64,000 nucleotides of DNA from Eledone cirrhosa. Lineage: Eukaryota. Location of the stretch: positions 166,222,001 to 166,286,000 of the forward strand of contig OZ024741.1 of the NCBI GenBank assembly GCA_964016885.1. The letters run 5' to 3'. This document shows, piece by piece, positions 28,874-43,505 of this stretch. The notes beneath the pieces were generated by a model, which was not told the origin of the DNA, did no database searches, and was given only the letters and a program-made list of their open reading frames with translations. Numbering within the stretch: position 1 is the stretch's first letter; the number at the start of each line of letters is the position of its first letter. The position numbers and the translations under genes were made by a program.

Positions 28874-30335
28874 TTTCTTCCCCACCATATTCCTGAGACA
28901 GTCGTGGGGGCAGAGTCCTCAAACACTCCTTCCAGTGGGTCCTGTCAGAAGCAACCGTCTCCAACTGATCCGGTTGGTTCCTCAAGCGAGACCAGCCAAG
29001 TTCATGGATGTTATCCAACCATCTTGCTCAGGGTCTACCCCTGGGTCTCCTGCTGGTTGGTTTTGCCCGTAAAATCTGTGGAGCGTTTCTTTCCTGAGAC
29101 ATTCTAACCACATGCCCATAATATCGGAGCTGTGATATCTCAATTCGGAGAAGTAGCGGCTCTACCTGGAGTGACTCTATGATCTCCGTTACACTATCGA
29201 GTAACGTTACTTCAAAGACTCTTCGGAGGAACCACATTTCGGCCGCTTGTATTCTTTCGGTCATTACACAAGTTTCATGACAGGCAAGGGCTGGCACGAA
29301 TTGAAAATAGCGAGTTTGGCTTTTATACCCTCCTCTTTCTTCTGATTACCGACTGCACCAGCTCAAACAATTCTTGCACTGAATTCAGCCCCCTACCTTC
29401 CATCATTCGTGAACACGGCCCTGAGATACTTAAACTTCTCCACCTGCTTCAGTAGAACTCCGTTTACATGTAGAGTTCACTGCACAGGCTTCCTTGAGAG
29501 GACGGCTGTCTTTCATTCCAGCCATGTAACACCCAACATCAAACCAATCAAGTGCAAGTCGGAGATCATCTTCTGTCGAGTCAAGTAACACCACGTCGTC
29601 TGCAAATTCTAGCCGACTGATTTTACACCTGCCAGTCGTGATACTACTTCCAACTCGGCTGCGCATGCCAATCTTAGGAGAGGTGACAGTACGCACCCTT
29701 GACGGAATCCAACACCCACATTGAATGGTTTCGATTTAGCACCATTTATTCGAACACAAATACTCGGGCATTCGTATAAAGGCATAAGGACAGCATGAAG
29801 TTGACCACCGATCCCATACTCCTGCAGAATCTTCCACAGCAGGTTCCGAGAAACGCGGTCATATGCCTTTTCGTGATCTACCAAACAAGAACATATCTCG
29901 TGGCAATACTCCCACAATTTCTCGAATACCTGCCACTGTGTGAATATTTGGTCGGCCGTTTTGCGTCCGGGGCGAAAACCGCACTGTTCATCAGCTATCT
30001 TAGACTTGACAATTTCCCTCCATCTATTTGCCAGACACTTAGCATAGACTTTATCGGGGAGGCTTAACAAAGAGATATCTCTGTAATCTCTTTTGTCTCC
30101 CTCTTTGAAAATTGGGATTATTACTCCCGATTGCTCGGGTGCATTTCCAGGAATCCAGGCCACCCAGAACGCAGGAGTTAGCTAGAGAATACCTTCTCTA
30201 TTTAAGGCTTTTAACATCTCGAGTTAAATTTCATCTTCTCCAGTGGCCTTGCCACATTTGAGCTCTTCAACTGCTCTTGTGACCTCAGCCTCCGAGAGGA
30301 TTAGTCGCCACTTCCAGATGTACCTCGTGTTCATC
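28872..30335 (-). mobile_element. RTE-clade LINE, decayed RT and 3' end
   Basis: IIPIFK.GDK, QCGFRPGR.T.DQIF, D.EKAYDRV, GFRQGCVLSPLL, FADD, QLRYYGHVVRM, RPRGRP; 3' end abuts (TA)n. Confidence 0.92.
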
Positions 30336-30507
30336 ACAATATATATATATATATGTATATATGTATATATGTATATATGTATATATGTGTGTATGTGTGT
30401 GTGTATGTGTGTATGTGTGTGTGTGTGTGTTTGTTAAGTATTTCCGAAGAAAAAGCACAGGAAAAAGAGTGCTCTGTCTATAATACAGAGCTATTTAATT
30501 AGAAAGC

Positions 30508-30649
30508 GAACAACACAACAGATAACTCCTCCATTACTAAAGGTTTCAGACAATAATCTTTTCATTTGATGAGCGAACTAGACGCATGTTAATATTGTCT
30601 ACGATCTTGAAACCTTTAGTAATGGAGTAGTTATATATTGTGTTGTTCA

Positions 30650-30650
<1 letters not shown>
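30508..30650 (+). ncRNA. Small fold-back with U3 hammerhead (30561-30627)
   Basis: UUCAU-UUGAUGA..GAAAC-CUUUA-GUA|AUGGAG; 30508-30548 inverted vs 30608-30648. Confidence 0.55.
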
Positions 30651-30710
<60 letters not shown>

Positions 30711-31369
30711 CAACACATAAAGTGTGTATAACATTAAATTAAAGAATCCTTTATACTTTGTGTGTATATATTATATTATATACGTAGTTAGATATGGTAT
30801 GTATTTTATAAGTGTATATATATATTTATATGTATTTTTGCGTGTGTATACGTGTTATATGATATGTAGTTCTCTAGCAATATATGGATTTCTTAATATA
30901 TAGATCCCAATTTTTAATATATTGATCTCAATTTTTAAATGATTAACTAAACATCTAATCATATTTAAACAATGATTAATTTCTCATATTATATATGTAT
31001 ATTCCATTCATGATTATTAACATTTCTAATTTTATTTATTCATTTCATCTCAATTGTTAAGTTAACTCAACAAGTTATGACTTAGTGTTTTCGTTCTCTC
31101 CCCTTCTCTCTGTCTTCTCTCTATCTCTATATTTTTCTCTCTCTGTTGTTTTTTTCTCTCTCTGTTGTTTTGGTATCTCTCTCTCTTTTCTCTCTTTTTT
31201 CTTTTTTTTTCTTTCTTTCTCTGTAACCCAACGACTTATTTTAAAAATAAAAATATCCAATACTAATAATAATATAAGTAAACAACTCCACTATCCGGGA
31301 GCTTCCAACAGTAATGGTTGCATTTTTTAAGGGTATGTCAATATTTATTTATAAAACTGATCTATATTG

Positions 31370-31434
31370 TATTTTGTCTGATGAAAGCACACCATAATTT
31401 AACGTGGTGTCCTTGAAATATGTTTAATAAAATA
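31370..31434 (+). ncRNA. Type-I hammerhead ribozyme, intact core
   Basis: UAUUUUGU-CUGAUGA-[AAG C ACACCA..UGGUGU C CUU]-GAAA-UAUGU-UUA|AUAAAAUA; (TA)n follows at 31475. Confidence 0.8.
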
Positions 31435-31470
31435 AATATGGTTTTATAAATATAGTTTCCATTTGATAAT

Positions 31471-31990
<520 letters not shown>

Positions 31991-32560
31991 GGTTTAAAAT
32001 ACGCATACACCGTAACGTTCGCTTATGTTTTATTCTTGAAATACTGTATATCCAGTGGAATAATTCAGCGGAAGTTCAGTCACTGAGTAATGCAGAACGT
32101 CATTCTAATGTCATAATTGTTAAGCCTAGTCAACGAATATCTTAACTGGTAAATATAACAATATATTCTCTTATGTGCAAGGTACCGTGTCGTTTATCCA
32201 CAGATAATATCTTCCCTGGGATACTAAGTCTATGATTATTAAACATACAACGCATATGATACCATGCTGTGCCGGAGTTCTTTTATTGAATCTCGACCAT
32301 AACATTACGTAACTTCTTACGAATTGGAATAGTTATACAACGTAATGCAATATACTAATCTACAACATCAGTCACACGCAATCGAGTATGACTTCGTAAT
32401 ATGTATCTTGTTTTCACTAATGGTTTTAGGTATCCATGAAGTCGCTAGCAGTCATATGTAACCTTTCTACCAGCGTTTGCTCCTTTGATCCAATGGAATA
32501 TCCAAAATGTATACACACACACATACACACTCTTATCTAGCTATCTATATATAATAATCT

Positions 32561-32733
32561 AGGGCGGTGGATTGGCAGTATCGCTAGAGGGTCGGACGCA
32601 TAGAGTTACGCTCCTTGCCATTCTGAGTTCAAATCCCGCCGAGGTTAACTTTGTCTTTCATCCTTACGGGGTCGATAAAATAAAGTACCAGTAATGCACT
32701 GGGTATTTGCTGGCCTTGTGCCAAAAGTAGAAA
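32561..32733 (+). mobile_element. SINE family A
   Basis: Family A motifs. Confidence 0.88.
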
Positions 32734-32879
32734 GTATATATAATAATCTAAATATATATAATAAAATATATTTGATTACATGAATGTCTATATTTATTAA
32801 TATTTTGAATTAATATATATATATAAACATATATATGATAAAGAACACAAGAGCGTCTACAACATCAAAAGATTTTTAT

Positions 32880-32928
32880 TGGCTTACAATGTTTCTTCCT
32901 TACGTAACCGTAGGATTCGTCAGAGCTA
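32880..32928 (-). ncRNA. Type-I hammerhead ribozyme
   Basis: UAGCU-CUGACGA-A[UCCUACG guua CGUAAGGA]A-GAAAC-AUU-GUA|AGCCA, overlapping AAUAAA. Confidence 0.78.
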
Positions 32929-33136
32929 TAAAAGGGGTTTGATTGGTGTTATGGACTCTACCAACCAAACATTCAAGAACAAAGAGTAAAGAGAGTAAAG
33001 AGCAAAAGTAGGGGACGATAAGTCTAATTTTGGTATATTTTGGTATATATATATAATGAAGGAGATGTGGTAAGGAACCAGATGGACCATAACGCACCAC
33101 AATACTCAATACTTAGGGTAGTAGAGTGGGTAATAG

Positions 33137-33240
33137 GAAAAAGTATGACCGACCCCGACGGCAGAGCTCAAGCCGTTTCGACGGCTATTTCTGGACATAG
33201 CCGTCGAAACGGCTTGAGCTCTGCCGTCGGGGTCATACTT

Positions 33241-33244
<4 letters not shown>
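33137..33244. repeat. Near-perfect GC-rich hairpin made of two half-hammerheads
   Basis: Each strand reads stem II hairpin-GAAAC-GGC-UUGAGCUCU-GCC-GUC but lacks CUGANGA. Confidence 0.8.
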
Positions 33245-33279
<35 letters not shown>

Positions 33280-33293
33280 ATTTAATATAGATG

Positions 33294-33344
33294 AGATTCT
33301 ACAGGACTAGAACTGTTTCATTCTTTAGAAATCATCAAGAATCT
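33294..33344 (-). ncRNA. Type-I hammerhead (U3 variant)
   Basis: AGAUUC-UUGAUGA-UUUC uaaa GAAU-GAAAC-AG-UUCUAGUC-CU-GUA|GAAUCU. Confidence 0.75.
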
Positions 33345-33555
33345 GGGTATCAAAAAATAAGTATGGTATTTATACAAGTGGTAGGAGAGGGTGGGGAGTG
33401 GGATGGGTGTAGGTCATTGGTTGATAGAAAAGGGAATTCATTAAAAGCTAATTCTACAAAGCTATAGTTTATTTTTATTTATTTTTGTTTTTATACTCTG
33501 CAATGTATTGAGTACCTTACTTACTGTGGTTACCTCCGATTCAACCCGGAATAAC

Positions 33556-33610
<55 letters not shown>

Positions 33611-33650
33611 TTCAAAATATTAATAAATATAGACATTCATGTAATCAAAT

Positions 33651-33718
33651 ATATTTTATTATATATATTTCGGAGGTACTGTGCTGTTTCCTCAGTACGT
33701 CCTCATCAGATAAAATAT
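33651..33718 (-). ncRNA. Type-I hammerhead ribozyme, intact core
   Basis: AUAUUUUAU-CUGAUGA-[GGA C GUACUG..CAGUAC C UCC]-GAAA-UAUAU-AUA|AUAAAAUAU; its tail is inverted at 32751-32822. Confidence 0.88.
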
Positions 33719-34079
33719 ATAAATTGATGTATGACATACTTCAACTGTGCTGATGGTTCAATTCCAGTCTTGGCAGTCTTGTTTAACTTTTGGTTATATA
33801 TATATATATATATATATAATTCAAGAGATAAGAGCAACATGGTTGTCTGTACAATAAGGGTTTTATTCACAGTGCTGACAACTGGTAGGTCTAGAGTTCG
33901 CTAATCGCTAGATGTTGCGTCAATCGAACTCCAATACTTTGTCTATAACCAGAGCAAGCTATCATCAGAGGAAGCGAAGGTGAGGGTAATATACAAGGCA
34001 TGGCTTTTATAGAGGAGTGGTATAAGACCAGAACAATAATATCAATAACAAAATAACTTGATACTGAATAGTTAAATTA

Positions 34080-34256
34080 ATTGTTTCTACTTTAGGCACA
34101 AGGCCAGCAATTACCCAGTGCATTACCGGTACTTTATTTTATCGACCCCGTAAGGATCAAAGGCAAAGTCAACCTCGGCGGGATTTGAACTCAGATCGTA
34201 AAGGGACGTCACTATGCTGGAAAGCATGGCGTCCGTCCCTCTACCGATACTGCCAG
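34080..34256 (-). mobile_element. SINE family A
   Basis: Family A motifs; a second partial copy at 34767-34890. Confidence 0.88.
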
Positions 34257-35484
34257 TTAAATTAATAACATCAATATAAGTGAGAAATAGAATATAATGA
34301 TAAAATGATAAAGCTAGCATGTTAACCGAAGTGATATGATACAGATGTATGAAGTTGACATGTGAAAACTACTATAGGTTACTTTAGACGTAGTTTCTGA
34401 CGGATGGAGAGATAACTAATAAAATGTATCGAGAGACAGATTTTTGGAATCTGCCCCTTTAAGTGCAATTATGAGTGATCTAGATACAAGTGTGCACGCT
34501 AGCAATAAACCGGAGATTGATTTATGGTCTGATAGATAAGCATTTTCGTTGTATTAACTTAGTTCGAATCATGGGGGTTTAGTATTCACAACTTCGATGA
34601 CATATAGCGTATAATTAAGACAATAAATCAACAATAAAATATGCATGGTAAATAGATAGAGAACATGATGAATAAAATTAGGGATAGGGTACATTGAGAT
34701 GATTATAATAGTAACAAGAAGAAAATAAGAAAGTAAGAGTTTCAAGGACTGTAAGGGTAATAATATAATTGTTTCTACTTTTTGGCACAAGGCCAGCAAT
34801 TACGCAGTGCATTACTGGTACTTTATTTTGTCGACCCCGTAAGGATGAAAGGCAAAGTTAACCTCGGCGGGATTTGAACTCAGATCATAAAGGTAGGTAA
34901 TAATAAAATGTACTTAGAATTAGGTTCATCTGTTAGAGATCATGGGTGCTAATGTGAGATATGTAAATATAATTGTTTGGTCCGAAAGAATAAACCACAG
35001 CAAATGCTAGATTGATTTATGGGCTGACATGATAATTGGTAGATGTTTGTAGATATTATTGCCCCATCTTGGTGATATAGGGAGGCCGGAAGATGCTTAT
35101 AGTTCTGAGGTGGGCTGTGTGAGAATGCGGATTTCATACGTTAAATTCTAAGTGATTTTCCATTAAGTTCAGGGCTGCTGATTCGAATCACGGTGGTTTA
35201 AATCTCGTAAATTTAGTAGCAATTCTATGTCTGCACCGTGAATAAAACCCTTATTGTACAGACAACCATGTTACACTTATCTCTTGAATTATTATTACTC
35301 CAAGTATAACCTACATAGAAATCACCGTGAACTCGCTGCATCACTATGGAAGCATCTTGTTGAGTCAAACTAAACCATACGTTAATACCATCCACAACAC
35401 AGAGTACTCTTACTGGACTACCTCTAAGTGGATTGCCTATAACGAAAACTTGTTATCCCGTATATATATATATATATATCGAAA

Positions 35485-35610
35485 ACCTGTTGATGAATTG
35501 AATCCTCTGTTCGATCATGAATACCACGAGCTTGCCAGTTACGTAAGTCTGATATTTGATTTCGGATTCATAGAAACACTTTAAACGTATAACGTTTGAT
35601 TTGTCCAGGT
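35485..35610 (+). ncRNA. Hammerhead-like motif with extended stems II and III
   Basis: ACCUG-UUGAUGA..~76 nt..GAAAC-A..AAACGU aua ACGUUU..U-GUC|CAGGU; starts right after (TA)n. Confidence 0.6.
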
Positions 35611-35787
35611 GTATTTTTTCTCAACCTGTTAGTTCTTTCGTTACTTTGGTATTGTGTGTTAGATTTTGCCTACCACAATTTTCAATTTGTCAAGCTATTT
35701 AAACGTATGTTATTACTCTAAGGACCTACCTTGTCGAGTGCTTTGCTAACTCATTCATATGGTAGGTCGATTTTACTAAGCATCCAA

Positions 35788-35879
<92 letters not shown>

Positions 35880-36037
35880 CAGTGTGTATGTATATATATA
35901 TATATATATATATACATATTTAATTATATTGTATTGTTTATTACATAATTAAATAGTTCTGTACTATACATAGAGCACTCTTCTTTCCTTTAATTTTTCT
36001 ACGGAAATACTTAACACACACACACACATATATATAA

Positions 36038-36087
36038 ACAGGTACGTAAGTTTCGTTGGGTTCTGGATCCCAACTCATTTAGCCTAT
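36038..36087 (-). ncRNA. Hammerhead-like motif with altered core
   Basis: AUAGG-CUAAAUGA-[GUUGGG auccagaa CCCAAC]-GAAAC-UUAC-GUA|CCUGU. Confidence 0.6.
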
Positions 36088-36330
36088 CATAACAAAAATA
36101 AAATATAAAGATCGGACAGAATAGAAAAAGAATTTCCCCAGAGGATGGTGAGGGAGACACATTGGAAGAAGCATTCGAACTCGCGAAGCTCACACCTGCG
36201 GGTAGCCAACTCTGTGCCGATGATGGTGAGCAGGGAGGTGGCCCTATGGCCAAGGACATCAGAAGTCTCCACAAGAAGTGGAATAACGAATCTGTTATTG
36301 ATAAGGTTGAGCTGATGCCACATATTTAGT
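36087..36330 (-). mobile_element. CRE-clade (restriction-like endonuclease) LINE C-terminal fragment
   Basis: F.IPLLVETSDVLG..A..LL..IG..LA....RE...FQ.VS..I..GN...IL matches the CRE C-terminal pattern P.AVET.G..G..IG..QR.S.AI.RGN. Confidence 0.7.
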
Positions 36331-36558
36331 TTAGAGTCACTTTTACTACAATATTAGACTTACATTACCAGTCCACTTTAATTCTAGCGTACATTTAAAT
36401 GAAAATCAATATTTACTTCTCGATGTTTAATGTATGTTGATGTGTAATCCACTTTTAAATCGTAATGTTAAAACTAAGAAATTGTTTTCACATTTACTTT
36501 AAGATCTATTTTTAAATCTCAATACTAAACCAACAATATTGTATTAAACGTAATGTTA

Positions 36559-36597
<39 letters not shown>

Positions 36598-36760
36598 AAA
36601 GCAAATGGACAACCGTCAGTTTCGACGATTAATGTTCTAGTTGTTTGTTCCTCGTAACAACCAACCGTTGAAGTTAACGTGAAGTTGATGTGTAAATATT
36701 CTACAGAAATGTGTTGTAAGCTTTAATATAATTCTTAGTGTGACACAGTGTATGACAAAT

Positions 36761-36965
36761 CAGTATCGGTAGAGCGTCGGACACCCTGCTTCGCGACATA
36801 GAGTTATGGCCCTTTGCGTTCTGAATTCAAGTCCGGTCGAGGTTAGCTTTGCTTTTCATCCTTAATGGGTCGATAAAATAAAGTACCAGTCACGCACTGG
36901 GGTCGATTTAATCGATTTCCTCCTCCCTCGAAATTGCTGTCCTTGTGTCTAAATCTGAAACTATT
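36761..36965 (+). mobile_element. SINE family A
   Basis: Family A motifs. Confidence 0.85.
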
Positions 36966-37131
36966 ATAGGTATATTCTATCTGATGGACTTCTGAACAAT
37001 ATCAGTCGAGTTTCACTCACAATTTCACAACCTATAGTAGAAGACACATGTCCAGGTGGCCACGTAGTGAGACTGAACCCGGAACAAGACTTGCATGCTG
37101 ACCCTGTGAAAACACTGGCGAATCTCTAACG

Positions 37132-37314
37132 CAGTGTTTCTCAACTGGTGTTACCCGGGATCCCAGGGTTTCATAAGAGATTGTTAGAGATTCCGCAAGT
37201 AACCGAAAAAGAGACAAATATTAATGATGGTATATAATAAATTTTATGCAGGGGCTCCCTAAGACATGAAACTATTTCAAGGGTAACACAAGGGAAAAAT
37301 GTTCAGAAACGCTG
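37132..37314. mobile_element. hAT (Charlie-like) MITE
   Basis: TIRs CAGTGTTTCTCAAC / GTTCAGAAACGCTG; flanks CTCTAACG / CTCTAGAT resemble the NTCTAGAN target. Confidence 0.8.
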
Positions 37315-37384
37315 CTCTAGATTATCAGGACTCTGACTTGGTATTTGAGTACTCATTCTCGCGACATTCATTAATAAGTGTATA

Positions 37385-37728
37385 TTAGAGTAAAGACCCC
37401 CTTTGGTAACGAATGGCCATGGAATTTGTACCTAGAAAACTTCCCTTCCGATGCACAGGTCTAGGCAAGGTTGTTAATGGAAGACCAGCAGTCGTCCATG
37501 CATATACCAGTCTCCCCTCTTCATGCCATTAACGTTGTCCAAGGGAAAAGCAAAGGCCGATAAAACTTGACACCAGTGACGTCGCAACTCATTTCTACAG
37601 CTGAGTAAACTGGAGCAACGTGAAAATAAACTGTCTTGCTCAAGAACACAACGCAAAGTCCGGTACGAGAATCGAACTTACAACCACACGATTGTAAGCC
37701 CGACGATCTAACCACTGTGCCCTGTATC

Positions 37729-37795
<67 letters not shown>

Positions 37796-38047
37796 TTATA
37801 CATATCACCTTGACCGACCAGTCTGTCGGGCGCTAATCGGCGCCAGTACGTCGTGCTGTTTTACCATAAGATAACGCCATCCCACTAGCTGGGCGGGCAG
37901 GCCGGTACTCATTTCTACAGCTGAGTAAACTGGAGCAACGTGAAATAAAGTGTCTTGCTCAAGGAAACAACACATCACCCGGTCCGAGAATTGAACTCAC
38001 AACCTTTCGATTGCAAGCCCAATGCTTTAACCACTAAACAATGTGCC
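37385..38047 (-). mobile_element. Two SINE family B-related copies (37385-37727, ~37800-38047)
   Basis: CTCATTTCTACAGCTGAGTAAACTGGAGCAACGTGAAA..TGTCTTGCTCAAG occurs twice. Confidence 0.8.
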
Positions 38048-38060
38048 TATATGTGTATGT

Positions 38061-38324
38061 GGTTGTCACTAATCTGGCTAGTGAACCAATATCTTCGCAG
38101 CATGCCATATTGCGATATTGATAAAGATTATATTACATTCTGACGCTGTTATTTCCTATTGGATACAACGAATTATCTCCACACATACTCACACACATGG
38201 GCACGCAGTCACATGCATAAATGCACACTCACAAACTCACGTGCACATGTATACACATTCAAACGCGACGAGTACACGCACTTATACAATATATATATAT
38301 ATATATATATTGTATAAGTGCGTG

Positions 38325-38377
<53 letters not shown>

Positions 38378-38599
38378 ATAAGTGCGTGTACTCGCGTTTG
38401 AATGTGTATACATGTGCACGTGAGTTTGTGAGTGTGCATTTATGCATGTGACTGCGTGCCCATGTGTGTGAGTATGTGTGGAGATAATTCGTTGTATCCA
38501 ATAGGAAATAACAGCGTCAGAATGTAATATAATCTTTATCAATACCCCAATATGGCATGCTGCGAAGATATTGGTTCACTAGCCAGATTAGTGACAACC
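38061..38599. repeat. Large near-perfect inverted repeat (~230-bp arms) centred on (TA)n
   Basis: 38061-38290 is the reverse complement of 38372-38599. Confidence 0.95.
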
Positions 38600-38734
38600 G
38601 CTGTTTCATCTGTTAATTATATCATAATGCCATAATAATTCAGACATCAACTCATTTGTATTATTTTTATTTTATTTCTAGAAACGATATATATCGTAAA
38701 TATATGTCTTCGTTTTCCGCTCATCATATGGCCG

Positions 38735-38875
38735 ATGGGCGGCACAGTCGTTAGAACCTCGAATAGAATATTTAATGGCATTTGTTCCGGCTTTCTGAGT
38801 TCCTATCCCGTCGAGGTCAACTTTGCCTTTCATCCTTTCATCCTTTCAAGGTTGATAAATAAAATACCATTTCAA
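38735..38875 (+). mobile_element. SINE family A-like, diverged
   Basis: GAGGTCAACTTTGCCTTTCATCCTTTC..GATAAATAAAATACCA. Confidence 0.7.
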
Positions 38876-39524
38876 TACTTCGATCGTTCATCTCACCCCA
38901 CATTCTCTCTCTCTCTCTCTCTCTCGCGACCTCTTTCTCTAGAAGAAATCAGTCGTATTACGAGCTGAAGTGGAATGGGCTCGGCTATGTATACCTTCAC
39001 AACGGAGCTTCTGTTATGTGATGTTCTAACTTACATATATTTCACGTTATATTGCTGCCGGAAATTACCTCAGGGAAACGTTATATATACTATGTCCAAA
39101 TAAATATGATCCCACATGTGTAATATAATGAGCTAAAAAATAACTTCAATCAACATAAATTCCCCAAGCGATACTTCGGGATGGGTATAGAAAAACAACA
39201 ATCAAGGGAGATGACTGCAATAAAATCAGTTGACCGAGATTTTTTTTATCAATATAGAAAAAGCTGGTTAGAGAGGGTCTGGGCATTAAAACCAACAACA
39301 TTTACTAAGTTGGCAAGACTAAAGGAGATCAGTATATATATATATATATATATATACACTCACACACACACACACACACATATATAAAAGAACAAAGTGG
39401 AGATGTTACATATGAGATTTATTGCTCAACCCGGTTACAAATGTGTCACCTGGTGCATTTACTGCCATAGACAACATGGACTGGAATCAAATTCTGTCGA
39501 TCGATTGGTTATTGATTAGACGAG

Positions 39525-39635
39525 GCCCACTGATGAAGACACAGGCGGCGTTTGTGCATTATTGTATAATAAATGCAGACAGTAGATGCTGTGCTCTCTT
39601 GCTGCATTAAGTGTGGCCGAAACTCGAGTACGGGT
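39525..39635 (+). ncRNA. Type-I hammerhead with long stem II
   Basis: GCCCA-CUGAUGA..~82 nt..GAAAC-UCGA-GUA|CGGGU; palindromic ACUCGAGU stem III. Confidence 0.72.
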
Positions 39636-40311
39636 ATAAATTTATGGAACCCATTTACGTGTATTGTATTGAGGCAAATAACTTTGTGTCTACTCTCGGA
39701 TGTATACATAACCTTACATAATGAGTACGCTGAGATGCAACCGATACTAGCAGAGAAAACTTATGCTAGTCCCGTCAACTTATTGTTAAATATGCTAGCA
39801 GAAAAACCACTCTTCAGGTGGTTTTCTGCTAGCATGTGTAGTTTGCATATTGATATTATACGCAAATGTATATAAGCATGAAGATATAACACGTCAAATG
39901 AAATGGTAATTGACAATATGCACAGAAATTGAACGAAGTCTGCGCTATACTCTCTTCTGTAATCAGTAAAGTATCCATGATTCATTAAAAAAAAAGACGA
40001 TATTATATATAAACTTCATATATACTAAACTAAAATGTTATGAAAACGAAAAAGGAGAAAATTAGCGGAGGAAATATAAACCTTATATAACGATACAAAT
40101 ATATTAACGTTTATATAAGCGATGTGTTAGTATATAACGGACGCTAACCGGAAGTGTTGACATTTGAATATTTATGTTTGATCAAGAGCTACAAAATTTA
40201 GTAGATAAATTACATGATATTCATTCATTATTTATTCAAAGTAATCGAACTTATTTTACTAACGGGATAAAAAAAATATAAAACAGACGCTGTCCCGCAC
40301 ACTCCTCCCCT

Positions 40312-40868
<557 letters not shown>

Positions 40869-40871
40869 TAT

Positions 40872-41193
40872 ATATAGTTATATCTGTATACTTACATTCC
40901 GAGTGGGAAACCGAGACTGTACCAATGTCTATATAAACTGCACACACTTTTAATATGTAAGCATGTAGACGAATTTCATATCAATTGAAAAAAAATGATA
41001 AACACCTTTGATCGATTTTCGGACATAGTTGGGCCTTCACCAGAAGTCGTGTATATCATCCTAACAGCCACAAGGCAAATTTACAGGGAAATTCGTATTT
41101 TCTGGCATGTTTACATGCCTACATATTAAAAGTATATTTATATATGCATGGGTGCAGTCTCTGTTACCTACTCTGTATTTATACATATATAAC
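40872..41193. mobile_element. Older fold-back cassette with decayed hammerhead (41004-41046, minus)
   Basis: Diverged inverted arms; ACUU-CUGGUGA..GAAA-AUCGAU..AAGGU; homologous to 62388-62550. Confidence 0.6.
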
Positions 41194-41202
41194 TTTATCA
41201 TA

Positions 41203-41850
41203 CGAGGTGGATCAGAAAAGTTCCAGGACTGATGTCACAAAAGATTTATTTCAAACCCAAACTTCACACTAAGAGTTTTCTCCTTCAAAGTAATCCCCCT
41301 GGAGTCTAATGCACTTTTCCATCCTTTTCTGCCACGCTTGCATGCACTCCTGGAAGGATTCTTCCGGGATCCTCCGCAGTTCCGTCGTCACGGCCTTTTT
41401 TATGTCGTCCACGTCTTCAAAACGGGTCCCCTCAGGGTCGTACTCGAAGATCCATGACACATCACCGGTGATGACTGTCCCTAGCAAGTCTGGTTCGGTT
41501 TCAAGGTGCTCGAAAATGTCCTGGCATACTTGCATGCGTCGACCCTTCTGGTCATCGTTCAGCAGTTTTGGGACCATCTTCGCGCAGACTTTCCGCATGT
41601 CCAAATCTTCAGTGAGAATCTTCCAGACGCTGTCCCGATTCATGCCCAGCTCATTTGCCATCAGTCGAACAGTCAGCCGACGATCGCTACGCACCATCTG
41701 CCTGATGCGCTCAACGTTGACCTCAGTCCTGGTTATTGAGGGCCTTCCTCTCCTGGGGTCATCTTCCACGTCCTCGCGTCCTTCTTTAAACCTCTTGCAT
41801 CACTCAAAAACACGTGAGCGTGACATCGTCTCATCTCCGTACACTTCGGC
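41203..41850 (-). mobile_element. mariner-family transposon, internally deleted
   Basis: TA|CGAGG..TCAGAAAAGTTCC terminus. ORF 41269-41769: EDDPRRGRP, DRRLTVR, RKVCAKMVPKLL, TGD.SWIFEYDPE fused directly to GTRFED..KCI...GDYFE. Confidence 0.92.
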
Positions 41851-42423
41851 TGTTAGCGAACTTCTCAATATATATCTTAATTAATTAACAACACTAGCGC
41901 TAATTATAATTAGCGCTAGTGTACTAGACGTACTGATAATTATTAGTACGTCCATTTCAGAATAATACTAAAAGCGAATGGGTATATAAATCTATAATAT
42001 ACGCGTTTCCACGTATCTGTGGAGTGCTTAGACACTTTCACGTTAATTTCACAAGCAGGCGTTTCCGTTGTTTTTACAACTGGAACGCTCTTCGTTGAAA
42101 CAGACGGAGGTCCAGCACGCATGCATGGGTATATGTGTCTGATTCATTATCCAATACAATAAAACGTGTATTCCTGTGTTCTTGTCACGATAATTATTTT
42201 GATAGCATTGAAGTTGAAATGACAAGATTTCAGTATTGTTAATTAATTAAAATGCTAAAATTCTCGACGAGAGAATAATCGAGAAATTGAGAAAGTCTAC
42301 AGATCAATAGACCGACGGACTATAATAGATTAGAATTTAGATTGAATAAAATTAATTTCATTAAAGTATATCTTAAAACTTTTCAAGTCAAATTCAATAT
42401 TTAGATTATCAAGACAAACTCTA

Positions 42424-43505
<1,082 letters not shown>

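Noticed and set aside
39792-39835. Hairpin ATGCTAGCAGAAAA..TTTTCTGCTAGCAT as terminator or miRNA
   Set aside because: No supporting context; likely a repeat remnant.
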